Source of the DNA: Hormiphora californensis
Taxonomy: Eukaryota > Animalia > Ctenophora
Length of the DNA stretch: 64,000 bases
NCBI GenBank assembly: GCA_020137815.1
Contig: CM035360.1
Span: 62,001 to 126,000 of the forward strand
Reading direction: 5' to 3'
Shown here: positions 12,877-27,688 of the stretch, piece by piece
How positions within the stretch are numbered: position 1 is the first letter of the stretch
How the letters are laid out: every line of letters begins with the position of its first letter
Translations under genes and position numbers: made by a program
The notes under the pieces: model-generated
What the model saw: the letters and a program-made list of their open reading frames with translations, nothing else
The model's database searches: none
What the model was told of the DNA's origin: nothing

Positions 12877-15800
12877 TAGAGAGTGAGACGGATGTAGTAA
12901 GATGTAAGAGGAAGGCTAGGACAGCTTGTACTCTGACAGGTGTCCACTCCAATACAGAACCATGTCGAAGTTGGAAATCTCTACCTATAGCTGTCCTTAA
13001 ACACACTTCCTTCCACATAACTCTCTCTCTCCCTCTTACTTTAATGTCATTCTCTCTCTTATTCTCTCTCCTACGGAAATTCTAAGCGAGAAACAGACAC
13101 ACGAACACTCCGGTGCTGATATCAAAACAGACTGATCCCGCCTACTAATATACCTCCAATTTTGCTCAAACCAACCACACTTTGAGACCCATTACAATAT
13201 TTTAAAGGATATTAATACCTACCGGTGTTTAGGACGGTTGGTGTACGGACAGTGCATCTCTCTTGCTCTCCATCTTCAGCAAACATTATATCACCAATAT
13301 GAAGGACTGCAGCTAACACTCTCCACATCTTGGATACCTCCTGATGAGAGATAGAACAGGGGGTTACAGGGAATAGGGGGTTACAGGGGTGGCAGGGGAG
13401 GTTACAGATATGGGGGGGGGGGTTAGACATGAGGGAGATACTAAGGGCGTCATTTAGGGCCCCAATATAGTCCCCCATGAGGTGCAGGGACGTGTACAAT
13501 ATGACATCATCACACTGTGCTCCTCATTACGTCACTGCGTGCCCCAGTAGTTGTAGTACTTGGAGCATTTCCTGGTGTACTTAGTACCCACTAGTAGTAG
13601 TAGTGGGCCACTACCCACACACTCTTAGAGTCTTGTGGTCCTCCTCTTTGAAAAGAGAGAGAGAGAGAGACAGGGATGGTATTTACAAAGTACCCAGGGT
13701 ACTTTTTCTTCGTTCTACCACTATTTACAGACTCTATCAAACGAAGTTTAATTCACGACGTCTTCACAGATCATTTATCAATAGGTTTAACTTTGTGTTT
13801 ACCAGTCTGATCAGGCAACTCCAGAATGTAACCATCTCTCTCCATCAATTAACTGAGCACTGGAGTACATAATCATAGGCAGATAATTAGTGATTAGGAT
13901 TATAATTCTACTCCCCTCTCTCTCCCTCTCTCTTCTCCTTTCTCTCGCTTTATTCCTTCTCCTTATCCTCTCTCTGTCTCTCCCTTCAAGGAACATACAG
14001 CACAACATATGAAATATGAAGGAGAGACATTGTTCTTAAATAAAATGATTTCAAACGAGAATTATCTTTTGCATACGAATTATGTCTCTTTCTCTCTCTC
14101 TCTCACTCATTATATTATTCTCTCTCTGTGGGTCTAGAAACCTGCCATAAAATGAGCCGGCATATGACCTGTTATCATAACACACACAATACATGTTATC
14201 ACACCGCTGTGCGGCAAGGTGTGACAGTCTCGGAAAGATTATCAACAACTTGGAAAACTACATGAAATCAATATACCGTTATCGCCCAATAATATGTGGG
14301 ACAAGGTGGTGCTATATTTTCACCTCGGAATGTGGTCTAGCACCACTCACGAGAATAATAATACGGGGGGGGGGGGGGGGGGTATTTTAGAAGTTCGGGA
14401 AAGAGAAAATATAATATGAGGAAAACAGTGTAGAGACCGTGTTATACTTGAGTTATAATAACGGAATCGTAATCATCCCTAAACAGGAACGGAGTAAAAT
14501 TCAATAGGTTTGCTACCCTTGTTGCAAATGGTAACCCCCCCCCACCACCGGACTGAATGGTAACTCCAGATTACATTATGTGCTAATCACACACACATTC
14601 ATGATGATGTATCATACCTCGTCTGTAAATCCAATGTCCCCCAGTGCCAGTACAAACTCTTCAAATAGAACAGCAGGGGTACCAGATATGAGATACTGCT
14701 CCACTCCAGGCGTATCTTTCAGGTATCTGGTATGAGAGAGAGATATTATCATAGAGATATCATTTGAAGAAGGGTGAATAGTTTAATGTCTGACTACATG
14801 GTTCGGAATATGCAGCGAGACTCTAACCGATCTATAATCACTCCACGGCAGGCAAGACAGTGAAAGCTGTCACCTCAGTGATTATCTTTACTACTGTTTT
14901 ACTACTGTTTTACTACACTACTGATACTATTTTCTCCCATAGGAAAGATCACGTTTGATGATGAAACTGAAAAGGTAAACAACTAATATTTGTGTTGGCT
15001 GCTGATACAGTGCAGCAGTGTGTCTGACACAGTGCTACAGTGCACAGTGTCTGCTGTTACTGGATGTCTCTAGCGTCTCTGCTGTTATATCTTCACCCCC
15101 GATCATGGCTATAAATAGAACAAACTCACACACACCATCTATCTTCTTCTCTCCCCCCACATGCACACACAGTTCATGCCACCCTGCAGGAAAGTGTGCT
15201 CCTCCGCAGCAGCACAATCACAGTAACACACAGTCCCTCCCACACAAACCCTCCACTACCAGCCAAGCAAAGCACGGCAGAAGCAACACAAACCCACACT
15301 TCACAACAACTACAGTGTTCCTCGCAAGAATTACTGGAACAGAGCCCAAACAGAGAGAGACACCGTGTACCTGTGATTGGTAGGGTTGACTAGGAGTAGT
15401 TTCAGCAGTTCCGCCCGGGGTAATCCAGCAAAGAGGTAGTAGAAGATATGAAAGTTGAAATCCCCCTCATTCCGCATCACTATCCTGCTGCGTTCCAGTA
15501 TGTAGTGAGATACGTGTACTGAACGGGGAGGGAGGGGGTCACATTTTGTAGCAGGGGATGGGGATTTTATGAGGGCGAGAAAGGAGCGACGTGCAGCACT
15601 AAATCAGGGGTGTGATTCAAGATTGCAAGGAGGGGTGGGCTCTCTGTCAATAGATGGGGTGTGAATTGGACTTGTAATATGGAGTAGAATGAGTTATTTA
15701 TGGAACATTTTTATAGGATATTATAAGGGGATATTATTATGGGAAGATATATCGGGTTGGGAAATTGTTAAAAATACAGGACTTCTTAAAATATAATCGC

Positions 15801-17431
15801 ACTTCGTGTACCAGGTACTGTTTAATGAACAGTGTTCTTACCCAGCGGCAGCTGTATGTGAGTGAGAAAGAGTCTGAACAGTGCACTGTACAGTGTTAGT
15901 TCTATTTCAAGTTATTTTGATGAAGAGAGGGATAGAAAATCAATCACTATAATATAGAAAATGAGGGATCAGAGTAATAGATTTGAAAAGAGGGAGAAAG
16001 AGAAAATATGTTATTTAGAGAGAGAGATAGAGGCAATTGAGATGGGGGATGGCATTTCAAAGAGACTCAGTTGGCTTGCATGAGGTGTACCACAAGGGGG
16101 GCGCGGTATGTCCCATCATGATGCATCACTAACAGCCTTCTAGAGACATACAGTGCATATTATATGTAAAACATCACTTGGTGAATATTAACCCTCTACA
16201 TTACATCAACAAATAACACTGGTTGGACAACTAAACTTTGTCATGTTCCGGGGCACGGAGAGAGAGAGAGAGAGAGAGAGGGTCGAACAAGGTAAAACTA
16301 AAAGAAACCAAAACTTACATCCGGTTACTACTCCATCTGGCTCACAGAACAGTTGAATATACTTTCCAAATCGTGATGAATTGTGGTTCATAACCGTCCT
16401 GGCGTTACCTAGTGCCTCCAGTATAGGATTCACCTGTGGGGTATTGTGGGGTATTGTGGGGTATTGTGGGGTATTGTGGGGTATTGTGATGAATTGTGGT
16501 TCATAACCGTCCTGGCGTTACCTAGTGCCTCCAGTATAGGATTCACCTGGGTAGAATAATGGGGGTTCAATAGTAGGGTTCCAATAGGAACCATTGGGGT
16601 TCTGTGACATGACGGTAATTCTAGGATTGATCGGTGATCCCTCTCCCATACGCAAGTGAGTAATGTAGCTGTCTGAAAACACTATAAGGGATTTACGGTT
16701 TACCTGTGTAACAATATCCTGTATCCAGGCCCGTTTGTGTCGTGAAACACGTAGAATGTGCTGCAACACTAACTTAGTGCTCTCTGTCTTCCCCGCACCA
16801 CTCTCTCCAGATATCAGGAAACATTGCCTCTTTCCTGGATAGGAGATAGAGAGGAAGTGGGATTAAAGTAAAGGAGAGGAGATTGGAGGATTTAGAAAGG
16901 TTTAGAAAGCATTGTCGCTTTTCTGGAGGAGATTGGAAAGTACAAGTGTAATCCTAATATTAATAGAGAGAATAATTACATCATTGCAAAATTACCTGTT
17001 CTCTTGAGACTCTGGTAAGCCTTGTCAGCGAGTGCGAAGATGTGAGGGTCCCTACTAGCAAGTCCAGGGATGGATGTATAATCAGAGGATGTTGAGGGAG
17101 AATAGAGATCAAGTTTAGAGTAGGGATTAACAGCTACCAAAATATCAGCTACATATGTCTGAAAGAGATCAAAATTAATTACTATTGTAGGACTATACCG
17201 CTCTACAGGGGACTTGAAAACAGTTGAAATCACTAAAGGCTTAAATCAATTTGTTATGTTCTAACCCGTGTTTCACCGTGCATTGTGCAGGGTGAAACAG
17301 GGTCGAACAAGGCAAAAATTTATTTCCTGTGTCTTACTCACATAAATCTGGTTTTGATGGAATCTGCACTGTAGCTGTTCAAGAAGCGTTGTTTCACTGA
17401 GATTGGGCAATCTTGCCAAATCACAAGCCAT
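11467..17431 (-). CDS. Unconventional myosin motor domain, N-terminal part (9 exons visible; remainder not seen before the gap)
   Basis: Exons encode [37 protein letters not shown], the P-loop [58 protein letters not shown] and [17 protein letters not shown]. The switch II DIFGFE motif was not found. Confidence 0.92.
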
Positions 17432-17929
17432 GACATCGCCCTATCAAACAATTCAAATTTAAATTCAGGCTGGGTGGATCTGGGCGCTGCACACAAGCGG
17501 CTGCTGAAGGATCTCAGTGGCTATTCGCGTATTTTTGAAGGTTTTTAAGTGCACGGTATCGGATTAACAACTGAGGGATGGGGTCATGACAATTGATAGC
17601 AAGCTGTAAACCGCAGACTCAAAAACTGAAGACAAAAAACTGAAGACAAAAAAACGACAACAAAGTCAGATTTATTTTGTACGTGATCTGAACGTCGCGT
17701 TGCGCGGCGTTGAATGATCCGCGCGGCTTGTTTGTAAAAGAAACGTAACGCGCGAATAATTTTGTGTTATGCGATGCATTTGATTTCGGAATTTTTGAAA
17801 ATTTTGCAATGCGAAAAAGTCTCGAAATTTCAAAAACTTCCTTGCGTTTCGTTCACGGTCTCACGGAAAAGGTTAAAATCTGGGTGCCTTTCAATTTTCA
17901 TTGCTAACAATTCGTAGTTTTGGCGCGCG

Positions 17930-18147
17930 CGACGGGTTAGGGCTATCCGTTAGGGTCTGGTTAGGGTTTGGTTTGGGGTTATCGGTTAGGGCTATCGATT
18001 CTCTAACTGATACCGTTTAGTTTACTCAAATCGGCCATGTGTTTCCATGGCTATAGCCGTTTGAAAAAAGTCGGTCTAAGTATACTCTTTTGGTAGCGCG
18101 CACCTGTAAACAGGCTGCAAGGCACCCAGATTATAATCGCGCCCCGG
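17930..18147. repeat. Dispersed repeat with TTAGGG-like segment; inverted relative at ~8063-8205
   Basis: CACCTGTAAACAGGCTGCAA.GCACCCAGATTATAATCGC is the reverse complement of 8066-8106. Confidence 0.7.
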
Positions 18148-18616
18148 TCTCACCAACTTTTAAAGTCGGATTTTTTGAAACTGTCACCCCCTGAAATAAC
18201 AAAATTTGTCATATCTCCGGTTACTGATAAGGTAGAGACTTGAAATTTGGAGGTTCGGAAGAACATAGCAAGATCTTCGTAACCTCCAAATTTCAAGTCT
18301 CTATCTCATCAGGAACCGGACTTATGGTCATTTAAAGAAATTTGAAAACCCTAAAAACGACAGTTATTTAAAATCCGACTATACGTCCACCGGGCACCGC
18401 CCTCTAGCAACTGGGCACTGTTATATTGTTACTCCACTTACTATCTATTATTAATTTAAGTCTGTGGTTTTGTCAGGTGACATAATTGTTGTCACTGGGC
18501 TTTACTCCCGCCCATCACTTTCCTCCAGCCTCCTGAGACCTGTCACCTGACGAGGGTCGAATTTCGACCGTCGAAAAATGCTTTAATAATCAGTTTAAGT
18601 ATGTAGGAGTCTATGT

Positions 18617-20291
18617 AGTTTACAAGTTTACAAGTTTACAATTAAAGTTTTATTTATAAAGAAACAGGCCTTCCCTGAATGGGTCCACCTAAATAATATC
18701 AAGTTGAAAAACTATCCCTTCACACTCACACTCATCAGCACAGCACAGCACATTGAGGCGAAAGGTCATTAGGAAGTGGCGGGTACCCTCTGACTGGAGG
18801 ACGATCGTGAAATCCTGTCAAGTAATTGCCCAATGATGATTTGAACTGATTCAAGCTCACACAAGAATTGACAGCAGCAGGTAGAGTGTTCCATAAATGA
18901 GCTGCTCTTGGACCAAATGAGCAGTGAAATTGATTAGCTCGTTTCGTTTCTGCTCTATAGGGGTAAGGTGGTGGGACTATCCGCATACCCAGTCTAGCGT
19001 GCTGTTGAAATACTAGGTTGGCAGAGTTAGGTACAAAACCATGAATCGTCTTCCACACATGAATCAGAATGTAGCGCTGTCTCCGACGCTGAAGGGACAT
19101 AATATTGAGCAATTTCAGTCTATCCCAATAGTCATGACCCTGCATACCATCAAGACGTCTGGTGAAACAACGTTGGACATTCTCAATAGCCTTGATATCA
19201 CCAGCCTTGGAAGGGTTCCAGACTAGGCAACAGTACTCAAGAATAGGCCTGACCAAGGACTTGAAAAGCTGTACCATAACCTCCGGAGAACGGTCCCGAA
19301 AAACGCTGAATATCCAGCCACTCATGAGGGAAGCCTTCCGCACTATGATAGAAATGTGCCTCGTCCATGACCCATCTGCAGACATCTGGACACCCAGATC
19401 ACGAACATCAGGTTCGGGGGTCAACTGCACACCTGAGCTTGTAGTATATGAAAACACTTCAGCTGCGAAAGGAAACTGTCTGAGGATAGCAGACTTATTC
19501 AGACTATAGCTCAAGAGCTGAAATTTATCCTCATGTAACTTCATATTGTTCTTCTTTGCCCATTCTGCCACTCTTAAAATATCCGAAATAGCTTTTACCA
19601 ACTTAGTATCGTCAGCAAAAGTTAGACACATGCTACCGTCTAGCACTGACTCCAGGTCAAGAATATATATGAGGAAAAGAAGTGGTCCGAGCACACTACC
19701 CTGGGCAACCCCACTAAGTACCTCGGCCCAGGGTGACCTCACTCCATCCACCATTACACACTGATTCCTGCCCAGGATCCACGCACTGATCCACTGAAGG
19801 AGTTGACCTCCAATACCATATCGCCTCAATTTAGCTAGCAATACATTGATATCCACGGAATCAAATGCTTTACTAAAATCTAAGTAGATAGCATCGACTT
19901 CCTGATCACCGCATAGATCAGATAGGATGATGTCAACATGGGTTAGTAGCTGTGTCATGGTACTGCGCCCCTTCCTAAACCCATGCTGAGTGTCACTCTG
20001 CAACTCCATCTCGTCCAAGTAGTCACTGATCCGTTTCCTCACCAGCCGCTCAAACACTTTAGACAGGTGACTTGTTATAGACACTGGGCGATAGTTCACA
20101 GGTTTCGATTTAGCCCCCTTCTTGGATAATGGTGTTATGAACTGTTGCTTTAAGCAACTAGGGACAGATCCGTCTTCAAATGACCTGTTCCACAACATCC
20201 AAATCGGGTATGCCAGGCTACTGCTGCACTGTTTCAGAACAAAAGAAGGAATGCAGTCAGGAGGGGATGCTGAGAATGGTATGTTCTGCAA
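18617..20291 (-). mobile_element. 5'-truncated non-LTR retrotransposon (CR1/L2-group LINE), reverse transcriptase region
   Basis: ORF 18735-20291 with NYRPVSITS, QHGFRKGRST, LDFSKAFD, GVAQGSVLGP, FADDTK and VRPILEY; 3' AATAAA plus (TGTAAACT)3 microsatellite tail; no endonuclease or ORF1. Confidence 0.95.
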
Positions 20292-20831
20292 TGAAGAATC
20301 TGGGTGCGTAACCTTTGAGAGAAGGCTGATGCATATTGTTCTCGCCTATCACTTCTTTTTGAGCAAAATTTTGCATCAAAATGTAATATAATCATTTATA
20401 TATACCACTTTATAGTGTAAAATAATGGAGCACGCACCAACAGCCTACACTTGACATACTCGCTCACTTTCAAAAGTGGCATCACTTTCCTGTTTCCATC
20501 TTTCTCCGTAATCGCATCACCATTGTTCCTATCGTCCCTTATTATTGCTGTCATTGTAAATTATTGTTGTCATTGTAAATAGAATTCTTGAAGGCTTTAC
20601 CTTTTTCCTGGAGACCTCACCTCCCACTGTCAATTTATTGTTTCAGTACCATTATATCGTTTTTTATCTTGTTGACCCACCTCCAGACCACCAGTATCAC
20701 CTATTGGGTAAAGATAGAATGGTCCAAGTATCAAGTTTCACGAGTTAATCTAGTCAAATTCGTTTGTTGTTGGCGAAGACCTACGTTTACAGGATCCTAT
20801 TTGATATTTGTGTATTATCACGATTATAATA

Positions 20832-21740
20832 CAGTCGGACCCCGATTTAGGGACAGCCTCGGGGGAAAGGGTCTTGTCCACTAAATCGGGGTGTCCACTA
20901 AATCGGGGTGAGCCATATTTGACCCATAAAAACCTATTTTATGCCCAACATGCTATATTATTAAGACTAAAGACACCTCTAACTGTTATATATATATATG
21001 CAATATATATATGCAATATATATGCAATATTCATATATTGATGACATGATCATTTCTGATTAGAAATAGGAAAATATAAAATAATTTTTTTTCAAAAAAA
21101 ATGTGGAAAAATTTTCTAAGTTATACCAGCCCGTCCGATTTGTGTTTCGAATCAGTGCAGCTTACTGGATGTCCTGTCTAATTAGCGGGTTCAAAACGAA
21201 CCGATACGTGATACCATGCCGAATCGGGGCACCCTAACCGGGTTAGGAAGTATGAAAATTTCAAAATAACTTTTTCTCTCAAAATTTATCGGGAGCACCG
21301 ATCAAAGCATTGACAATCGTACTGTAAAATTTTGCAAAAAAGTTGTAAAATTTTTTAAACGTATACCAGCCACGTCCGAATCATGTTTTGAATCGGTACA
21401 TCTTATCACATGTCCTGCTGCTAATTAGACGGTTCGGAACGAATCGAAAAGTGATCCCCATCGAATCGAAATTTTGACGCTTGGTGAACTTGTGATTCAA
21501 TGGCCGCATGGGGATCACGTATCGGTTCGTTCCGAAACTTCTAATTAGCAGCAGGACATGCGATAAGATTCACTGATTCGAAACACGATTCGGACGTGGC
21601 TGGTATCTTTTTGAAAATTTTTCAAAAAAATTTCACAAAAAATTTCACAAAAAAAATTCAAAAAATTTTTGGGGGAAAAAAATCCTGTCCCTAAATCGGG
21701 GTGTCCCTAAATCGGGGGTCCCTAAATCGGGGTCCAACTG
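20832..21740. mobile_element. Non-autonomous Tc1/mariner-pogo-type element (TA TSD)
   Basis: TA|CAGTCGGACCCCGATTTAGGGAC...GTCCCTAAATCGGGGTCCAACTG|TA; internal ~110-bp module 3 times (two direct, one inverted); short relative at ~40589-40662. Confidence 0.88.
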
Positions 21741-23153
21741 TATAACATTTTATATGCGCGTTTTTTGTTTCGTGTAAATTTAAATGCTTATGTATTCAGA
21801 ATTAGCAATAATATTATGCTTCCCAGTCTTGCTCAGGCTTTGTTACATTTAGGTGTTTTACAAGTTTACTTCCCCTTGATTCTAGGTTAGTGGATATGCA
21901 ATGAACTATCATCCAGGACCCCAAGACCAGGTAAAATACCCACCCTCTCTGCTGTACCTACCCACCCTCTCATTTCACACAGTGTGATATACCCTCCCTT
22001 TCATATCACACAGTGTGATATACCCTCTCTCTCATTTCACACAGTGTGATATACCCTCATATTCATATCACCGCGCTGGCAAGCACCCCGGGGCCAATCC
22101 CAGGCTCTCTCTCATACCTACCTCACACATATCTTACCGTGATATATATACCGATTTGATATCCTGGGATAGGCCCTGGGGCGCTTGCCAGCGCTCTGAT
22201 AGTTAATTCAAGTACGTCTGTTGTTATGTTTTGTTGCAGTGTTACTATTATTATCGATTACTCATTTTACCATCACATTGTGTGACCAGTAATTTGACCA
22301 ACTACTGTTAAACTGTGTTGTAATATGGGGGGGGGGGTGGTGTTAGGTTAGTTAAATCAGTGCATTAATTATAGTAGAAGTATTAAGTACATAATAAGAT
22401 CTAAGTATCACGAGGGATTATAATAGTAGTGGCAGAGCAGGATGTTGCTGAACTAGAGGACACACTCTACATTGCACACATACTTTTTTAGATGTTTCCT
22501 AGATGTTTTTGTTGATAAGGGGAAACAAGATCTAAGGCTGGGGGACTGGGGTCCTTGTGTAACTACTAACTATCCACTAATTCTTGTGTGTGGAGCGATT
22601 GTGTAAACAGAGAGTGGACTAATGAACAACACTTAGAGTCCATCATGGGGGTGGGGGCATGTGGGACTTAGAGCTATTGGGGTAGGGGCGGTGAACAAAG
22701 TTAGTAGATAAAGAGAGAGACAGAGAAGGTGCTATCATACCATCATGACCTGTGACCATGATAGTGAGATATACAATGATCAGGTGTAAGATGTTTTATA
22801 GAGAGATATTTTATAGAGAGATTTGGAGAGAGTATAGCACCTGTTGGTAATTTTATTAGGGTTCAAATTCAAAATACATTTTCTTCAAATCTACTTGGAA
22901 ATTTCATAATAAAGACGTCCTCTCAAATAAGATATTTCGTTCTCTAGTTTCAATTCAATAATAGAGGGCTGTAACATTAGAACTAATTGCATAGTAAGTT
23001 CGTTAAGGTTGCACTGTGTGTGTAGTTCTTGATTTTAGTACTGCAGCAGAGGTGTCATAAAAGAAATGTGTCACTATTCAAAAACACACACACTTCTTTC
23101 CTCCTTATGTCAAGAAACTACATTTCGACAACCGAATGGTATCTTGAGTAATA

Positions 23154-24448
<1,295 letters not shown>

Positions 24449-25035
24449 AGCCTAGGAAGGTGACAGCTTTATCCGTTTCTACGTGTTCTGTTTTTAGCTG
24501 TATCCCATTTTAGAGCGGCTACTGTGACATTGCCACGCCGCTGCTGCTACTGCTTGATTTCTCTATCTCTCTCTCTTTTTCCTCCTCCTCGCTCCTCCCA
24601 GCGCCCCGCGCTCTACCAATGTTGTTGCATTGAATCTATGTAAGCCTCTCCCACCGCGCGCCTGTTGGTTTCAACTCCAAGTGGACACCCTCCCCTCAAA
24701 CGCCCCTCCCTCTCCCAATCACATCCCAACTCCAAGGTGTTGAATTAGCTGTCAATTACACCTCCCCCGTCCGGTGAATGATCTCGAACCCTAACCCACA
24801 GGTTAGAGGCTCTAACACCCCCTCCCTGACACCCCTCTCTCTAACACCCCTCTCTCTAACACCCCTTACTCCTTCTATCTCTCTCCCTCTAACAACCCCC
24901 TCCGTAACACCCCTCCCTCCCTAACACCCTTCTAACACCCCTCTCTACCCCCAGAGTGTGCCGGTGCAGAGTGTGCCCCAACCTCTAACACCCCTCCCTC
25001 CCTAACACCCCCTCCCTCCCTCTAACACCCCTCTC

Positions 25036-25091
<56 letters not shown>

Positions 25092-25276
25092 ACATCCCTA
25101 TTTCTCCACAGAGTGTGCCGGTACAGAGTGTGCCCCAGCCTCCCTCCCTCCAACACCCCTCCCTCCCTACCACCCTCTCTCCCTCCTCAGAGTGTGCCGG
25201 TACAGAGTGTGTCCCAACCTCTAACACCCCTCCCTCCGTAACACCCCAACCTCTCTCCCAGCCTGCAACACCCTTC

Positions 25277-25689
25277 TCTAGTTGGATGAGAGGTACTTGT
25301 AGTTGCTGGGGGTCTAGTTGGATGACAGGTACTTGTAGTTGCTGCGGGTCTAGTTGGATGAGAGGTACTTGTAGTTGCTGCGGGTCTAGTTGGATGAGAG
25401 GTACTTGTAGTAGCTGCGAGTCTAGTTGGATGAGAGGTACTTGTAGTTGTTGGGAGTCTAGTTGGATGAGAGGTACTTGTAGTTGCTGCGGGTCTAGTTG
25501 GATGAGAGGTACTTGTAGTTGTTGGGAGTCTAGTTGGATGAGAGGTACTTGTAGTTGTTGGGAGTCTAGTTGGATGAGAGGTACTTGTAGTAGCTGGGAG
25601 TCTAGTTGGATGAGAGGTACTTGTAGTAGCTCCGAGGTAACTAGCTAGCTGAGAGTGTTCTCTCTAGTTGGATGAGAGGTACTTGTAGT
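25277..25689. repeat. 36-bp minisatellite
   Basis: CTAGTTGGATGAGAGGTACTTGTAG plus an 11-nt variable part, about 11 copies, flanked by a ~50-bp direct duplication. Confidence 0.92.
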
Positions 25690-25863
25690 ATAGGATACTC
25701 AGCACCCTATAATGGACCCCTCCCTCCGTAACACCCCAACCTCTCTCCCAGCCTGCAACACCCTTCTCTCTCCCTCACACCCCCTCCCTCCCTAACACCC
25801 CTCTCTCTCTAACACCCCTCTCGCCTCCCACAGAGTGTGCCGGTACAGAGTGTGCCCCAACCG

Positions 25864-27606
25864 ATGGCCCAACACCCTATAATGGATCCAAGCTATCTCC
25901 CGGCCATGTACTACACCTCAGCTCTCAACTCACCTCCTGCAATGTCTGCCTTCCCTTTTATCAACAACAGTTACGATAATCTCGGGCTATCAGGAACTTG
26001 GTCAAATGCTGCTTTTGATGGACAGTATAATCAACTGCCCACATCCCAGGGACTTCATGATTTTAGGGATTTTGGTGGAGAGCAGCACACATACCCTGCA
26101 TCCCCTACTCTAACTTCTAGTTCCTATGGACAGCCCAATATGCCGGTTTATTTCCCTCCTAGTAGTACGAATGATTATTGCTGGACGACTGCTGGGCTGC
26201 CACCTAATATGGGTCACATGCCAGGTTTCAATTCCTTTAGTTCCTTCCAGCCCATGGGGGCTCCTTACCAGGGCGCCCAGGACGGGAAGGGAGGGAAGAC
26301 AGGGGGGACTGGGGGGACCAGTAACACGGAGTTGGATCATGTCGCTGAGTCGTTCAACAAACTCAGTACTGACGAACCACCCCCACCTGCCCCTGCTGAA
26401 ACTGGTGTGAAATCTTGGGCTGCTATTGCTAGTCAGCCGGCCAAACCAAAGCCTAAACCTGAGCCTGTTCCCTCTGCTCCATCTCCCAATACCTTTGGAC
26501 ATGGCATGAAGCCAGGTCCTCCTAGTATGAGAGGTGGGCATGTGAGGTGGTCTAGGTCCCGTGGACAATTCGGTCAGGATCCATCCTACCCTATCATTGA
26601 CCCCAGGCCCCCTCCTCCCCCGGCTGTACTTGAGAAGTTGAAATCTGAAAATCAGTACAACCCAAAGGACTTGACTCTGGACTTGAAAAACGCTCGGTAT
26701 TTTGTAATCAAATCGTATTCTGAGGACGATATCCACCGGTCAATCAAGTACAATATCTGGACGAGTACAGAGCACGGTAACAAGAGACTGAATGAGGCGT
26801 GGAATGAGAGCAAGGGACCCATCTATCTTGTGTTTAGTGTGAACGGTAGCGGACATTTTTGTGGTGTTGCTGAGATGATCTCTGGTGTTGACACCAATAT
26901 CTGTACTGGGGTGTGGTCGCAGGACAAATGGAAGGGGAAGTTCGATGTGAAGTGGGTTTATGTCAAGGATGTCCCTAACAACCAACTGAGACACATCAAA
27001 CTGGAGAATAACGATAACAAGCCTGTTACTAACTCCCGTGACACCCAGGAGGTTCCCAGGGATAAAGGGATCCAGTTGTTGAGGATTCTACACGATTACA
27101 AACACTCCACCAGCATATTTGATGATTTTGGGCACTATGAGAAGAGGCAGGATGAGGACAATGCCAGGAAGGTGAATAACACACAGGGGGAGTAGAGGGG
27201 TGGGTAGAGGGGGGTAGGGGGAGGACAATGCCAGGAAGGTGAATAACACACAGGGGGAGTAGAGGGGTGGGTAGAGGGGGGTAGGGGGAGGACAATGCTA
27301 GGAAGGTGTGTAACAAGGGGGAGTAGTGGGGTAGAGATAGTAGTGTGGGGGAGAGACAGGAGAGAGAGTAGGGGTAGTGGGAGTAGGGGGTGATGGAGAG
27401 GGGACAGGGGGAGAGAGTATTGAGGGAGGGACAGGAGTAGTGGCATGGGGAGTGGGGTAGAGGGGAGTAGTGTGCTAGAGAATAGAAGGGGGTCCAGGAT
27501 TCAAATTACTGAATTTTAACCCATTTCTCTCCTCTCTCAGGGTACCGATAGGAAACAATGGGCCACGGAGCCCAAGGACTCTGACAGCACTAAACCCAAA
27601 AACTAG
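25864..27606 (+). CDS. YTHDF: YTH-domain m6A reader (YTHDF family)
   Basis: Low-complexity N-terminus, [12 protein letters not shown] motif, and YTH domain ([49 protein letters not shown]); large exon to 27171, last exon 27541-27606; start codon uncertain. Confidence 0.96.
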
Positions 27607-27688
27607 TCTCTCTCTATCTCCCTCTCTATTTCTCTATCTCTCCATCCTTCTCAATGTATCTCTTTATTTTGTGAATGTGTTAGTGGGT

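Noticed and set aside
1-17431. Myosin-kinase fusion (class III-like)
   Set aside because: The kinase is AMPK-related, lies downstream across a gap, has its own start exon on the other strand and is separated by a TSPO-like gene
18472-18576. Hammerhead-like core CTGACGA-GGGTCGAATTTCGACC-GTCGAAA
   Set aside because: Stems I and III and the NUH site cannot be formed convincingly; CTGAC is itself part of an inverted repeat
25277-25689. CRISPR-like array or Cys-rich repeat protein (SSWMRGTCSCCG)n
   Set aside because: The 'spacers' are 11-nt variants of each other, the context is eukaryotic and there are no cas genes; it is a 36-bp minisatellite
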